A stretch of 64,000 nucleotides of DNA from Promethearchaeota archaeon (GCA_030599585.1 JAUVNS010000002.1:128001-192000); one strand, 5' to 3'. Shown: positions 29,968-40,925, counted from the first letter of the stretch. A program made the numbers and translations. Notes: generated from the sequence alone by a model not told the origin.

Positions 29968-30963
29968 ATGGCTAAAAAAAAGGAAGAAGAAGAAGAAGAA
30001 CAAAATAGGTCAATTAAAACGGAAATAGTATACAATCTAAAAACTCTCCCTGGTGTAGGGGACACCACCGTTAAGAAATTACAAGAGGCTGGCATTACAT
30101 CAATTAGAATTTTAGCTATTTACCCCTTAACTAAACTGATGGAAGATGCTGGGATAGGGGAAAAAACAGCTAGGAAGATAATTAAAGCCGCTCAAGACAT
30201 TGAAAAAATGGGATTTAAAAGCGCTGATATAATATGGGAAAAAAGAAAACATTTGAACCGCTTGACAACGAATAGTTCTACATTAGACGAAATTTTAGCA
30301 GGAGGTATTGAACCAGGTTCTGTTACTGAGTTTTATGGGGAATATAGAACGGGTAAGACTCAAATTGCTCATCAACTCTGCGTTAATGTTCAATTACCTT
30401 ATGAAGAAGGAGGATTAGAAGGAAATGCTCTTTATGTCGATACAGAAGCAACTTTTAGGCCTGAGAGAATAATTCAAATGGCAGATGCGAAAAATTTAGA
30501 TTATAACAAAACTTTGAAAAATATTATTGTTGGCCGGGCTTATAATAGCGACCATCAAGTATTATTAATAAAAGAAGCAACAAAAATAATTAAAGAAAAA
30601 AATATTAAACTCGTAGTTGTGGATTCGATAATAGGTCATTTTCGAAGCGAATACATAGGAAGGGGCACTTTAGCAAATAGACAACAAACTCTGAACGTTC
30701 ATATTCACGATTTATTACGACTAACAGAAGTGTTTGAAGAACTCGCTGTAATTTTTACTAACCAAGTTTCCTCGAAACCTGATGTGTTCTATGGTAATCC
30801 AACAGTGGCTACAGGTGGCCATATTATCGCTCATGGTGCTACTGTAAGAATATATCTAAGAAAAGGAAAGGGCGAAACGAGGGTAGCGAAAATGATCGAC
30901 GCACCCCATTTACCAGAAGCGGAAGCTGTGTTTTCAATAACAGAAGAAGGTATAAAAGATTAA
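29968..30963 (+). CDS. radA: DNA repair and recombination protein RadA
   Basis: N-terminal HhH, GEYRTGKT, YVDTEATFRPER, FRSEYIGRG, TNQV, DAPHLPE. Confidence 0.95.
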   Translation: MAKKKEEEEEEQNRSIKTEIVYNLKTLPGVGDTTVKKLQEAGITSIRILAIYPLTKLMEDAGIGEKTARKIIKAAQDIEKMGFKSADIIWEKRKHLNRLTTNSSTLDEILAGGIEPGSVTEFYGEYRTGKTQIAHQLCVNVQLPYEEGGLEGNALYVDTEATFRPERIIQMADAKNLDYNKTLKNIIVGRAYNSDHQVLLIKEATKIIKEKNIKLVVVDSIIGHFRSEYIGRGTLANRQQTLNVHIHDLLRLTEVFEELAVIFTNQVSSKPDVFYGNPTVATGGHIIAHGATVRIYLRKGKGETRVAKMIDAPHLPEAEAVFSITEEGIKD

Positions 30964-31002
30964 GCCAGTTAGTTTAAACAAATAAAGAGAATTATAAAAA
31001 AA

Positions 31003-31440
31003 CTAATAATTAAGGTTTACATCAACATCAATTCCTTCGCGTACGGCTTGCGTGACTATACAGTATTCCTCGAACATCTTTTTACATTGATCTGCTCTCT
31101 TACGCGTATCTGGATCACTAATTCTAATATTAAGGTCAACATCTATTTTCATTACTCTCCAAAATCCCTTTTTATTGCGAGCAATGGTTAATTCTGCCTC
31201 TGCTTTTAAATCGTCTAGAGTAAGATTTTTTTTCTTCAAACAAAAGATGAAACTTGCACTCAAACATCCTAACAACGCTAATCCTAGCATCCTAGTAGGA
31301 TTAGGCCCGAGCATATCTACTTCTTCAGTATGACTATCGTCAACATAGCAATCTTTTACTTTCATGTCCCCAAGTTCGCACGAAAATATCATTTCTTCTT
31401 TTAATGATAATCCTACTTTGGTTTTCATCTCATCTGACAT
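31003..31440 (-). CDS. OsmC/Ohr family protein
   Basis: GPNP..LLGCL and EEYCIV two-Cys pattern. Confidence 0.85.
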   Translation of the reverse strand: MSDEMKTKVGLSLKEEMIFSCELGDMKVKDCYVDDSHTEEVDMLGPNPTRMLGLALLGCLSASFIFCLKKKNLTLDDLKAEAELTIARNKKGFWRVMKIDVDLNIRISDPDTRKRADQCKKMFEEYCIVTQAVREGIDVDVNLNY

Positions 31441-31608
31441 CTACTACACATCCACAATGATCTTTTTGCATTAAAATTTTATTTTCAATCCACTTGAGTG
31501 GTTATACTTTGAAACCATCATTTTACTCTTAAATCTTTTTTATTTAATTTATAAGGTCAAAGATTCGACTACAAGTCATCATCAAAAAAAAGAATATAAT
31601 TGTATTGT

Positions 31609-32085
31609 TTATTCAACGAGAATAATATATGTATTTTCTATCTTTGTTTTCACGGAATTAGCGAGAGGACACGCTTTTTCAGTTAGCTCTAAAACTTTTA
31701 AAGCCTTTTTTTTCTTCTCGGTTGATGAGATTGTCAAAGTAATTTTATTTTCTATTTTTTCCATAATTTTAATACCTGTTGAGGCACCAATGTAACCTTC
31801 TGCACTGATTTTAAGCGTTTTATATTTTAAATTTGAATTACTTGAGACTACAGAAAAAGTCGTAAAAAAACACCCAGATACAGCGGCGATAAAAAAATGT
31901 TCGGGAGTATAATGCTTCCGTAATCCATCTTCTCCTTTAGGACCATCATAAGCAAGGGGTAATTGAAAATCGATTTCAGATAAGTAAGTACTATCTGGTA
32001 TTTGAATAGTTTGAACTCTCTTCCGATTATTTTCTTTTAATGTTTCACTTTCTCGTTGAAAAATTGTTAATTTAAATATATCCAC
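31609..32085 (-). CDS. OsmC/Ohr family protein
   Basis: TPEHFFIAAVSGCF and EKACPLANS. Confidence 0.85.
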   Translation of the reverse strand: MDIFKLTIFQRESETLKENNRKRVQTIQIPDSTYLSEIDFQLPLAYDGPKGEDGLRKHYTPEHFFIAAVSGCFFTTFSVVSSNSNLKYKTLKISAEGYIGASTGIKIMEKIENKITLTISSTEKKKKALKVLELTEKACPLANSVKTKIENTYIILVE

Positions 32086-32137
32086 TCTTTTTCACCATTA
32101 TTTTATTTTATTAAATTTTTGTTAGTTACACTACTCT

Positions 32138-33499
32138 TTAAAGGCATTTCTTTCGCGCCACATTCGCAGCGATAAGAATAGGATCCCAAACTGGAGCAAA
32201 AGGAGGTGCGTAAGAAAGATCAAGCTTTTGAATATCTTCTATTTTCATTTTCGCTGCTAATGCTGTTGCTAAAACATCAATTTTCTTTCCACCTAACGGA
32301 GAGGGAGCAGTAATCTCTGCTCCTAACAGTTGATGAGTTTTGACGTCAAATAATAAATATGTTGTCATTTTGAGTTTGAATTTATTTCCTCTATTTGGAT
32401 AATAATGAGCGATTTCATTGCTTTCAATCAAAACTGAACCCGGATCATATCCCAATTCTTTTGCTTCTGTTTCTGTTATCCCCGTTTTTCCACAATATAA
32501 ATCAAATACTTTCCAAACAGATGTTCCAACTACACCAGGAAATGGATCAACAGTATTACCTGCAATTACATTTCCAGCAATTCTTCCTTGTTTATTTGCA
32601 GCTGGGGCAAGAGGGAAGAATACATTTCTTTTTAAAATTTGATGATAAACTGTTGAGCAATCACCAGCTGCAAAAACATTTTCAATATTAGTTTTCATGT
32701 ACTCATCTACAATTATCGCACCATTCATCATTTTTAGTTTTGTACTTTTAAATATATCCGTATTCGGAATGACTCCTATAGAAATCTGTATAAAATCTGC
32801 TTCTAAAGAATCGCCATCCTCAAAATTAACCCTTAATCGTTTGTCTGAAACAGCCTCTAGGTTTTTAGCGTACTTTCCGAGAATTACTTTGATTCCATTT
32901 TTTTCAAGCTCTTTTTTAATATAATCTTGGCTTTTTGTCCGGAAAATCAGTCTGGGTCCAACTATAGTTAAATCATCAATACCTTGTGATTTATAGGCTT
33001 CGACCATTTCCAGATTAATATAACCCGCTCCAAGAAGAATTCCAGATTTTAGTCCACTGCTGCCTAAGTAATTTTTTACGTTATCAGCATCCTCAATAGT
33101 ATGTACATGAAAAATATGTTTATGTTTAAGAGTTATTTCCGGACGCATTTTGGGCTTACCACCAGTCGAAATTACCAAGTAATCATAGTCTTTCTCGAAG
33201 ATTTCATTAGTCTTAATATCTTTAACTTTAACTATTTTTGCATCAAAATTTACAGATAATACTTCTTGAAAAATGTGAACTGGAATGTTCCTTTTTTCTA
33301 AAAAAGCTTCCTTGGTAATAGTAATTAACTTGTCTCGATCTTCAACTATTCCACTTATATAATAAGGAAGACCACATGAACCATATGAAATGTAAGGGCC
33401 TTTTTCGTAAACATTAATTGTCCAATCGGGACGTGCTCTTCTTACTGCACTCGCAGCACTCAAACCAGCGGGATTTCCCCCTATTACAACTAATTTCAT
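32138..33499 (-). CDS. CoA-disulfide reductase / NADH oxidase family flavoprotein
   Basis: GGNPAG, SYGSCGLPY redox Cys, AAGDC, LSYAPPF. Confidence 0.9.
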   Translation of the reverse strand: MKLVVIGGNPAGLSAASAVRRARPDWTINVYEKGPYISYGSCGLPYYISGIVEDRDKLITITKEAFLEKRNIPVHIFQEVLSVNFDAKIVKVKDIKTNEIFEKDYDYLVISTGGKPKMRPEITLKHKHIFHVHTIEDADNVKNYLGSSGLKSGILLGAGYINLEMVEAYKSQGIDDLTIVGPRLIFRTKSQDYIKKELEKNGIKVILGKYAKNLEAVSDKRLRVNFEDGDSLEADFIQISIGVIPNTDIFKSTKLKMMNGAIIVDEYMKTNIENVFAAGDCSTVYHQILKRNVFFPLAPAANKQGRIAGNVIAGNTVDPFPGVVGTSVWKVFDLYCGKTGITETEAKELGYDPGSVLIESNEIAHYYPNRGNKFKLKMTTYLLFDVKTHQLLGAEITAPSPLGGKKIDVLATALAAKMKIEDIQKLDLSYAPPFAPVWDPILIAANVARKKCL

Positions 33500-33587
33500 C
33501 GATTTTTACGCACTCAATGTTTTAAATTTATAAAAAAACAAATGATTGATTTTATTAAAACCTAAACGTATATCTTTAAAATCGAAC

Positions 33588-34178
33588 CTAGTTGCTTTCA
33601 AATCGTTTTATTTTAAAATGGCGAGTTAAATGGAAAAATAGTCCTACAAAATAAAGGGTTGTAATATAAATAAACTGAAAGGCAAACAAGATCGCAAATA
33701 CCACCATAAGTATGAATAGAATTGCTTCGATTCCCAAACTCACCTTGCTACTATAATACTTTGAATCGAAAAAAGATTCTGCTTTTTTGAATTTTGCCAA
33801 ATATTTAGGTAGGTTTTCAAATTCCTCCTTAGATATTAACAATTTTAAACCAATTTGTTTTTTTTGAAAATAGAAAAAGTTAGTACCCCAATCAAATGTA
33901 TCTATAATAACATGGATTGAATATATTGTACCACTAAAAGCTAGGACTGGCCAATTAATAATTATTCCAAACAATAACATAAGAAATCCAGGAATTATTG
34001 AATGAGAAATAAGCATCCTGTGATTGTGATTTATCGCATATTTAGCAAACAATACATCAAGATCGCAAATAAAGGAAAATAAAACGATAAAAGAGAATTC
34101 AAATAAAGAAAAGCTGTAGAAATAGTTTAAAATTGAAGCAAATATTACACCTGCGGCAAAATGACTGTTTATGTGCAT
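33588..34178 (-). CDS. Membrane-bound metal-dependent hydrolase (YdjM-like)
   Basis: SH..CDLD..HR..SHS..HVIID motifs with TM helices. Confidence 0.75.
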   Translation of the reverse strand: MHINSHFAAGVIFASILNYFYSFSLFEFSFIVLFSFICDLDVLFAKYAINHNHRMLISHSIIPGFLMLLFGIIINWPVLAFSGTIYSIHVIIDTFDWGTNFFYFQKKQIGLKLLISKEEFENLPKYLAKFKKAESFFDSKYYSSKVSLGIEAILFILMVVFAILFAFQFIYITTLYFVGLFFHLTRHFKIKRFESN

Positions 34179-34198
34179 TATTTCTACCTAAAAAGGAT

Positions 34199-35179
34199 TT
34201 AATTAATATAATTTTTACTTGCTACTCTATTTAAAATTCTTTTTCTTGCTTCAAACCCCTTTGGGCCCTTCTTTTCGACCAGGAAAGATGCTGCTGCTGA
34301 AGCTAAATGAGCGCTTTTTTCTATCTCTTCCCAACTCATATCAGAATTTAGCAATTCATATAAAAATATTGTTAAATAGACATCTCCTGCTCCTGTTTCA
34401 TCTAACACTCTTTTTGGTTTGTAAGCGGGTATTTTTAAAAGTTTTTCACCATTTTTTAAGATAAGTGATCCTGCCTCTCCCATTGTCATAATGAAGATTG
34501 CTTTGTTCCTAAATTTCTTGAAGTAATCCATTATTTTTGGATGTTCTTCATAGTTTGATAATAATTTCATCTCAACTTCAGATCCCTTAAGAATTAATCT
34601 ATCTCCAATCAAATTAATTATTGCTATCATATTTGAGATAATACCTTCATCTCTAATATACGAGACTTTCCCGTCGTCATCAATATATCTAATAAATCCT
34701 TGCAAATCAATTCCAATATATGTATTTGGGAACTTTTTTACTATTTTTGAAACATATTCAAAAGAAATTTCGTTACACAGAGGTGCTAATACTAGAATAC
34801 TAGGAGGAGTTGACAATATTTTTTCTGGAATATCTTCAAATTTTAGTTTGGGACTGCAGGATTTAAGAGTTAAACTCCTCGAATGATTTGAATAATTTAA
34901 TTCAAAATTGGTGTTATCAGTTTCGAAAGTTTTTACACCACTGAAATCAATACTTTTATCGTTAAAATGTTTTAGTAAAGATTTATTAAAATTTTGAAGT
35001 CCTAAATTAGAGATGACGCTAATTTTTGTTGATTTTGTGTAAGTTTTAAGAGCAAGGGAGCCAAAAGTCACAGTCCCACCCAAGGATGGATTTCTTTTTT
35101 GTTTAAACCGAATTATCGTATCAATTGCATGATGTCCAATGAATAAAAATGATACGTATTCTTTCTTACCAATAGCCAT
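34199..35179 (-). CDS. PfkB family carbohydrate kinase
   Basis: LGGTV, TMGEAG, DETGAGDVY. Confidence 0.9.
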   Translation of the reverse strand: MAIGKKEYVSFLFIGHHAIDTIIRFKQKRNPSLGGTVTFGSLALKTYTKSTKISVISNLGLQNFNKSLLKHFNDKSIDFSGVKTFETDNTNFELNYSNHSRSLTLKSCSPKLKFEDIPEKILSTPPSILVLAPLCNEISFEYVSKIVKKFPNTYIGIDLQGFIRYIDDDGKVSYIRDEGIISNMIAIINLIGDRLILKGSEVEMKLLSNYEEHPKIMDYFKKFRNKAIFIMTMGEAGSLILKNGEKLLKIPAYKPKRVLDETGAGDVYLTIFLYELLNSDMSWEEIEKSAHLASAAASFLVEKKGPKGFEARKRILNRVASKNYIN

Positions 35180-35277
35180 CTATTCTTCATGTAATATCTT
35201 ATTATTCATAAAACTTACTTAATAAAAAGTGTTCAGAGAACTGAATAGTTTCTACGTGAAAAAGTTTTTCAATTTTT

Positions 35278-36390
35278 TTAAAGGAGGTTAACTTTCAAAT
35301 CAGTAATTTCTTTTTCCTTTTCAGAAAGCGTTGTTTTTAACTTGTTTATGTTCTTCTGTAAATTTTCAACTAATCCCGCCATAGAGTTGCCCGGATCTGA
35401 AGTAGGAGATATTGCCGATAACTTTAAATCAGAAATCATGCTTTCCTTCTCCCTGACTTTGTTTTCAAGATTTTTAATTTTCTGTTCATATTCTTCAGAA
35501 CTAACAATTGGTGCTTTTTTCTTACTACTACTGAGAGAATTTTGTAATTCTGCAAGTTGTTTCTTAAGTAATTCGTTTTCTTTTTCTAGAGGTTCAAATT
35601 CATTATTCGTAAGATTAATATCCTTTCCTTCTAACGCACTTTTTAATTCGTTCTTTTCTTTCTTTAAATTTTCGACAATGCGTTTGTATTTAGTCAAATC
35701 TGATTGAAGATCTTGACATAAAGTTTCAAGAGGTTGAGTAGAAGTCTCCGGAGGCATAGGTTTAATTACTTTTTGTTCAGGAGCACTCGCTTGGACTACA
35801 AAGTCGACGGGTTTGCTTTTTAATTCTTCCTCGTAGTTTTGGGTTACTTGTTCTACTTTTTTTGATAATTCTGTCGTCTTACGCTCTAGATTTTTTATGA
35901 TTATATCCCTTTTCGATATCTCCGATTTCAATTCCTCAATAATTCCATTTTCTGCAATAGAACTCCTTCCAGTTTGTGTAGTTGCTTGAGATTGTAAATT
36001 TGAGATTAAATTATCTTTTGATTTTATTTCCGCATCCTTCTCTAATAATAACATTACCATGCTTTTAACTTTGTTTCCCAATTCTGAATTTTCTTGCTTT
36101 AGTTTATTTAATTGCATAGCAATTTCTGCTACAGCTTCGTCTTTTTCAATTTTAAGCTTTTCTTTTTCTCCAACTGCTTTTTTAAGAATTTCCTCAGATT
36201 TAGTAATTAAATTTATGTTCGCAGCAATTTTATTTCGTAATTGTTCGTTCTCTTTTTGGATATCTCCAATTATGGAGGGTGTGTTCTCTGTTGCTAATTT
36301 CTTTTTCCATAAAGAGATAAAATCTTCAGTTTTTTTTTCTTCTGACATAGTCCATTTAAAACATATATTATTATTATTTAAATCAATCAA
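35278..36390 (-). CDS. Coiled-coil hypothetical protein
   Basis: Several heptad-repeat segments separated by Pro/Ser/Thr linkers. Confidence 0.7.
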   Translation of the reverse strand: MIDLNNNNICFKWTMSEEKKTEDFISLWKKKLATENTPSIIGDIQKENEQLRNKIAANINLITKSEEILKKAVGEKEKLKIEKDEAVAEIAMQLNKLKQENSELGNKVKSMVMLLLEKDAEIKSKDNLISNLQSQATTQTGRSSIAENGIIEELKSEISKRDIIIKNLERKTTELSKKVEQVTQNYEEELKSKPVDFVVQASAPEQKVIKPMPPETSTQPLETLCQDLQSDLTKYKRIVENLKKEKNELKSALEGKDINLTNNEFEPLEKENELLKKQLAELQNSLSSSKKKAPIVSSEEYEQKIKNLENKVREKESMISDLKLSAISPTSDPGNSMAGLVENLQKNINKLKTTLSEKEKEITDLKVNLL

Positions 36391-36427
36391 AGAATAATTA
36401 TTTTATTATAATACCGGAGAAATATTC

Positions 36428-37327
36428 CTAAATTATAACCGAATTTTCGAGTTTTAAAACTCCCGAAAAATAACCAACACAATATCCATATCCGCCCTTA
36501 ATATCGCTACTAGTATAATATTTTAACAATTCACCTTTATTTGCGTTTAATTTTTTACAAATTAACATTAAAGTCGTTATTGTTTGGGCTCCGCATACGG
36601 TTGTTTTTGAAGCAGCTGAAAGAGTCTTTTGGGGATTTAATTCTACAAAAGCATCAATAACATCTTGATCAAATTTTTTAAACTCACTTAATTGATTTGT
36701 ATCAAAAACCTCTTTATGTGACATATCAGACGATGCTACAATAACAATATCTTTATTTAACGCCTTAATTGATGCAGAAATATCAGAGGCTATTTTTTCA
36801 AATACGGCATAATCCCTTCTAATTCCAATTTTTAGTGTTACTATCTTTACATCTTTCTCTTTAGCACAATATTTAATGAAAGGTAACTGAATTTCAATAT
36901 TATGTTCTTGTTCCATGAAGCCGGTGAAAGCAGAACGATCTTCAACAATAATTTCACTGGTATCTAAAATCTTTTTAGACAATTCATCGTCAATTAGTAA
37001 GTTTCCTAAAGGTGTTTCCCAAGCTCCATCCCCTAATAGGGCCACTTTTCCATAGCCAACATGGTCAGTTCCCAAAACAATAACAGTATCTGGGATTTTT
37101 TCTTTAAAGAGATTCAAGTAAGTGTAAGCTGCACATCTTCCAGAAAAGGCGTATCCTGCGTGAGGAGAAACTCCACCAATTATAGTTCTTGTATCTTGAT
37201 TTAATGTTTCAGGTAACAAACCGGGCCCAAATTCACGTTCAGAAAAATTATATTCTAAATCTCTAATTAAATCTTCACGATTTTTAGGATACCAACTGCC
37301 TGCGTGTGATGCTTTTCTTATTTCCAT
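36428..37327 (-). CDS. amrB: MEMO1-family protein (AmmeMemoRadiSam protein B)
   Basis: HAGSWYP, PHAGYAFSG, EHNIEIQLPF, ASSDMSH, CG, VGY. Confidence 0.92.
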   Translation of the reverse strand: MEIRKASHAGSWYPKNREDLIRDLEYNFSEREFGPGLLPETLNQDTRTIIGGVSPHAGYAFSGRCAAYTYLNLFKEKIPDTVIVLGTDHVGYGKVALLGDGAWETPLGNLLIDDELSKKILDTSEIIVEDRSAFTGFMEQEHNIEIQLPFIKYCAKEKDVKIVTLKIGIRRDYAVFEKIASDISASIKALNKDIVIVASSDMSHKEVFDTNQLSEFKKFDQDVIDAFVELNPQKTLSAASKTTVCGAQTITTLMLICKKLNANKGELLKYYTSSDIKGGYGYCVGYFSGVLKLENSVII

Positions 37328-37433
37328 TTTCTCACCTTGTTATAAATAACATTTGTTTAAAAATTTATATACTTTCATCTGGTGGAAACCAAATTGAAAG
37401 AATTATTAAACAATTTTTAATAGATCTTATTAG

Positions 37434-38036
37434 ATGACTGACGAAAAAGAACCTCCTATTTCACTAGAAGATATTGACGAAAAGGATATCCCAGAAAGAA
37501 TACCAACGACATATTTAAACAACCGCGTGATTGTTTTTAACCCCCTCTTTGCCTCGTATTTATATGTTAAAATGAAATTTTTTGGGTCTCCTTTGGGGAT
37601 AAGTAAACCCCGTTTAGAGTATTTTTCTAAACCATCAGAGTTGTCCTTAATCGAAGCCCTATTTTTGCTGAAAAATGATAAAATCACAATATTTGACCCA
37701 AAACTAGATAAGAATTACTCTTATGACGAATTTTATGATATTTGTAAAAAAATTCACCATAAATTTGAAGAGAAGTTCGTAATTTACCAAGATTTAAGGC
37801 ACAAAGGCTATATTCCTCGTCCAGGACTTAAGTTTGGAGCCGATTTCGTAGTATATAAAAAAGGTCCTGGACTAGAACATTCACCATTTATTGCACACGT
37901 ATTACCGAGTGATAGCAAGATTACAGCTATTGATATGGTTCGAGCTGGAAGATTGGCTACATCGGTTCGGAAGAAATTTGTCATCGCCAACCCTCTAACC
38001 ATGAGTTACTACTTCTTTGAATGGTTTAAACCTTAG
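37434..38036 (+). CDS. endA: tRNA-intron endonuclease (catalytic subunit)
   Basis: LSLIEALFL, YQDLR..GY..GLKFGADFVVY..GP..HS, VRKK (Tyr-His-Lys triad). Confidence 0.93.
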   Translation: MTDEKEPPISLEDIDEKDIPERIPTTYLNNRVIVFNPLFASYLYVKMKFFGSPLGISKPRLEYFSKPSELSLIEALFLLKNDKITIFDPKLDKNYSYDEFYDICKKIHHKFEEKFVIYQDLRHKGYIPRPGLKFGADFVVYKKGPGLEHSPFIAHVLPSDSKITAIDMVRAGRLATSVRKKFVIANPLTMSYYFFEWFKP

Positions 38037-38112
38037 ATAGGATTTTTTACTTTTTGATAAGAAGTAGTTGTTTATGGAAAACTTTTACTTTAAGGATTAG
38101 CTATTTAATATT

Positions 38113-40098
38113 ATGGCTAATGATGTAGTATTAGCATTGGTTCTTGGAGTAATTTTTGGGTGTGTATTTTTCATTGTAGATATATATAATGAAAATAAAA
38201 CCAAAGAGATAAATACATCACTTATTGCTGGTGTAACGATTACGTATTTTTTTATCATATTATTACCTGAAATAAACTCGGGTTTGGCAGAACTTTCATT
38301 TGGATTGTATAAATTTATAGGTATTCTAATTGGGTTTTCTTCTATTCATCTTACCGAAAAATTTATATTGTTAAGAGTAGAGCAAAAATCTCAATTAAAA
38401 TTGAAGGAAATATTTAAAGAAGAAGCCGAAATAATCGAAAAAGAAAAAGAGTTTGAGAAATCTTTAATAAATAAATTAGTGGAGCCCAACAAAGATAATC
38501 AAACAGTTGAGAATTTGGTCGAAAAATTATATGCATTAGAAGAAATAAATAAAATCCAAGAAATATGGGTTAAAGAAGAACAGAGATTAAAGGAGAAAAT
38601 CTACAAAGCCGACCTTGAAAAACTCTCCTATTTAAATATTCTCTCGGCAACAAAAGAAGTAAGTAACGTACAAAAATTATGTGCAGAAGAAGAAAGGATG
38701 CTTGAGAGTTCTTTACTGAAACATTTATTGAAAAAAAACCATGAAAATCCTGCCTATAATCTTTTAACCAAAAAATTGCAGATGATTGCAGAAATACGGC
38801 AAAAAAATATAGAATTTGGTGAAAAAGCTGACAACCTGATAGCAGTTTTAATAACAAGTTTAATGGCAGATAAACGAGATAAAATTTCAAAAGAAAAATT
38901 TCTTGAAAAACTGAATACAATAGATAACATACATCAAATACTAGATGCAGGTTTAAAGGCTGAAAAAGAAATCGGTAAAGTAAAAATTGGAGATACACGT
39001 GTTCAACAATCAGAAAAGAGAGCAACCAAACATTTATATGCCTTAGAAGTGTTAAGAAAAATTCAAGAAGCATGTATAGAAAAAGAAAAAAGACTTCAGC
39101 ATGAATTAATGGAAATTGGGCATAACCGGCTTTCGCTTCTAAATAAATTTTCAGCCTTAAAAGAGATAAGTAGAATTAGGTTGAAATGTGTAAAAGAAGA
39201 AATGAATCTTGAGAAAAAACTAATTAAGAAAGACCAGGATATTTTTTCAAAGAAACATTTAATCGAAAAACTAAATTCATTAAAGGAAATAAGTAGAACC
39301 CTAGAAGAAACATTATTAAAAGAGAGAATTCTTATGAATTCATTGATCCATAAACTAATGAAGAATGATGAACACGACAAACTTTCGATAAAAGAATTAA
39401 ATGAAAAAATATCTGAGTTAGGAGAACTACATAAAATCCAAGAAGATCGTGTTGACCAGGAAAGAAACATCGAGAGATCTATAATTTTTAGTATATCAAG
39501 AGATGATGGTGAAAGATTTTCATTACAAGAATTAGCCATGAAATTAGATACATTCTGTCAGCGTGAAGAAGAACTTGAAATACAAGATTATAATTTAAAA
39601 GTTAAGATACAAAACCGTATAAACGAGCATTTAGATGAACTTCACGGCTACACCAATTTTGTTTATCATTTAATTATTGGAATCATACTTTTCGAACTGC
39701 TAACATTTGATTTTATTACTGCAATTATGTTTTTTATTTTTGCACTATTCAAAGCGTTGACATCAAAAACATCAAATGATATTCAACTCTTTCCCGATAT
39801 AGAAGTAAATGAAGAACATAATATCCGACTTTATCAAAAGATCATAATAGCATCCGCTGGTTTAATAGGAATTTTTATTGGTTTAATGTTAAACGTTGTG
39901 TTTAACCTTCCAATGGAAATAATATTTGTGTTGTTTTCATTCATTTCAGGAGTCATCCTCTACACAATTATTAGAGAAGTTTTACCCGAAAACGAAAGCG
40001 GACGACCTCTCTATTTCTTATTAGGCATAGTCTTATTCTTAATAATAATAATTACATTCCAATCCGTTTTTTCTTTATTTACTCCTCCTGGTCTTTAA
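38113..40098 (+). CDS. ZIP-like membrane protein with ~380-aa inserted helical repeat region
   Basis: 3 N-terminal TMs (AGVTITYFFIILLPE, HLTEK) plus 5 C-terminal TMs (HLIIG, FISGVILYTIIREVLPE) separated by charged repeats. Confidence 0.65.
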   Translation: MANDVVLALVLGVIFGCVFFIVDIYNENKTKEINTSLIAGVTITYFFIILLPEINSGLAELSFGLYKFIGILIGFSSIHLTEKFILLRVEQKSQLKLKEIFKEEAEIIEKEKEFEKSLINKLVEPNKDNQTVENLVEKLYALEEINKIQEIWVKEEQRLKEKIYKADLEKLSYLNILSATKEVSNVQKLCAEEERMLESSLLKHLLKKNHENPAYNLLTKKLQMIAEIRQKNIEFGEKADNLIAVLITSLMADKRDKISKEKFLEKLNTIDNIHQILDAGLKAEKEIGKVKIGDTRVQQSEKRATKHLYALEVLRKIQEACIEKEKRLQHELMEIGHNRLSLLNKFSALKEISRIRLKCVKEEMNLEKKLIKKDQDIFSKKHLIEKLNSLKEISRTLEETLLKERILMNSLIHKLMKNDEHDKLSIKELNEKISELGELHKIQEDRVDQERNIERSIIFSISRDDGERFSLQELAMKLDTFCQREEELEIQDYNLKVKIQNRINEHLDELHGYTNFVYHLIIGIILFELLTFDFITAIMFFIFALFKALTSKTSNDIQLFPDIEVNEEHNIRLYQKIIIASAGLIGIFIGLMLNVVFNLPMEIIFVLFSFISGVILYTIIREVLPENESGRPLYFLLGIVLFLIIIITFQSVFSLFTPPGL

Positions 40099-40268
40099 CA
40101 GAGGAAAAAATTAAAAGAATTAAACCATATATCCTGTTTACAAGACTTCTTGTTATATTCTCTTGTGAATAAAAGTAATAAACACTTTAAAAATTAATAA
40201 TTTATAGTATCTATAATGTAAAATTTTCTTTAATATTAGAAAATCAAAAATTAAAGGTAAAATTTTAT

Positions 40269-40925
40269 CTACTGATATAATAAAACTCGGATTAAATCCG
40301 CAATATCGTGTACCCTATCTGCCATTTGTTCTAAAAGAACAATCGAATCTCTAACCCTTAATAATGTTCTTAAGTCTTCAACATTAGTATATATGAATTC
40401 AAGAAATTGCCTGTATGTTTTATCTATCTTTGATTCAAGCTCGTGAATAGAAGTAGTGTTCTCAAAGACTATATCTGGCTGATCTCTCAAATGTTTTATA
40501 GTGGTTTTTAAAATATCAACCATCTCAATTATCTCGTTCAATAATTTATGGTATCTCTTTTTAATTTCCTTTTCTTTTTTTTCTTTTAGGTTGATATTCC
40601 CTAACATATCGACAAATTCGAGGGGGTAATTTATAATATTATCCATCCTCAAAACTAAATTTACGTAAGCCCCCATCTTAAATGCTTGTGCTTCGGAAAA
40701 ATTTTGAATGAGACGAATTTTTAATTCATCGCCTTCTTCTTCAGATAGTTGCATCTTAACCTTTTTCTTTTCCAAGGTTTTTTTATTATTCTCGAAATCT
40801 TCGGCCCACGAAGTGTAATATACAGCCATATCACCTGTGACGCTATATATTATTCTTGAATGTTCTATGAGTAATGTTATTATTTCTTCTCTTACTTTTC
40901 TGAGGGATGACATTTTGAAAATCAC
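40269..40925 (-). CDS. DUF47 / PhoU-like phosphate transport regulator
   Basis: EEEGDELK, RMDNI, ELESKID, LEQMADRVHDIAD. Confidence 0.85.
   Translation of the reverse strand: MIFKMSSLRKVREEIITLLIEHSRIIYSVTGDMAVYYTSWAEDFENNKKTLEKKKVKMQLSEEEGDELKIRLIQNFSEAQAFKMGAYVNLVLRMDNIINYPLEFVDMLGNINLKEKKEKEIKKRYHKLLNEIIEMVDILKTTIKHLRDQPDIVFENTTSIHELESKIDKTYRQFLEFIYTNVEDLRTLLRVRDSIVLLEQMADRVHDIADLIRVLLYQ

Noticed and set aside
35278-36390. SMC or ESCRT-III assignment for the coiled-coil protein
   Set aside because: No Walker motifs or Snf7-type signature; generic coiled coil only
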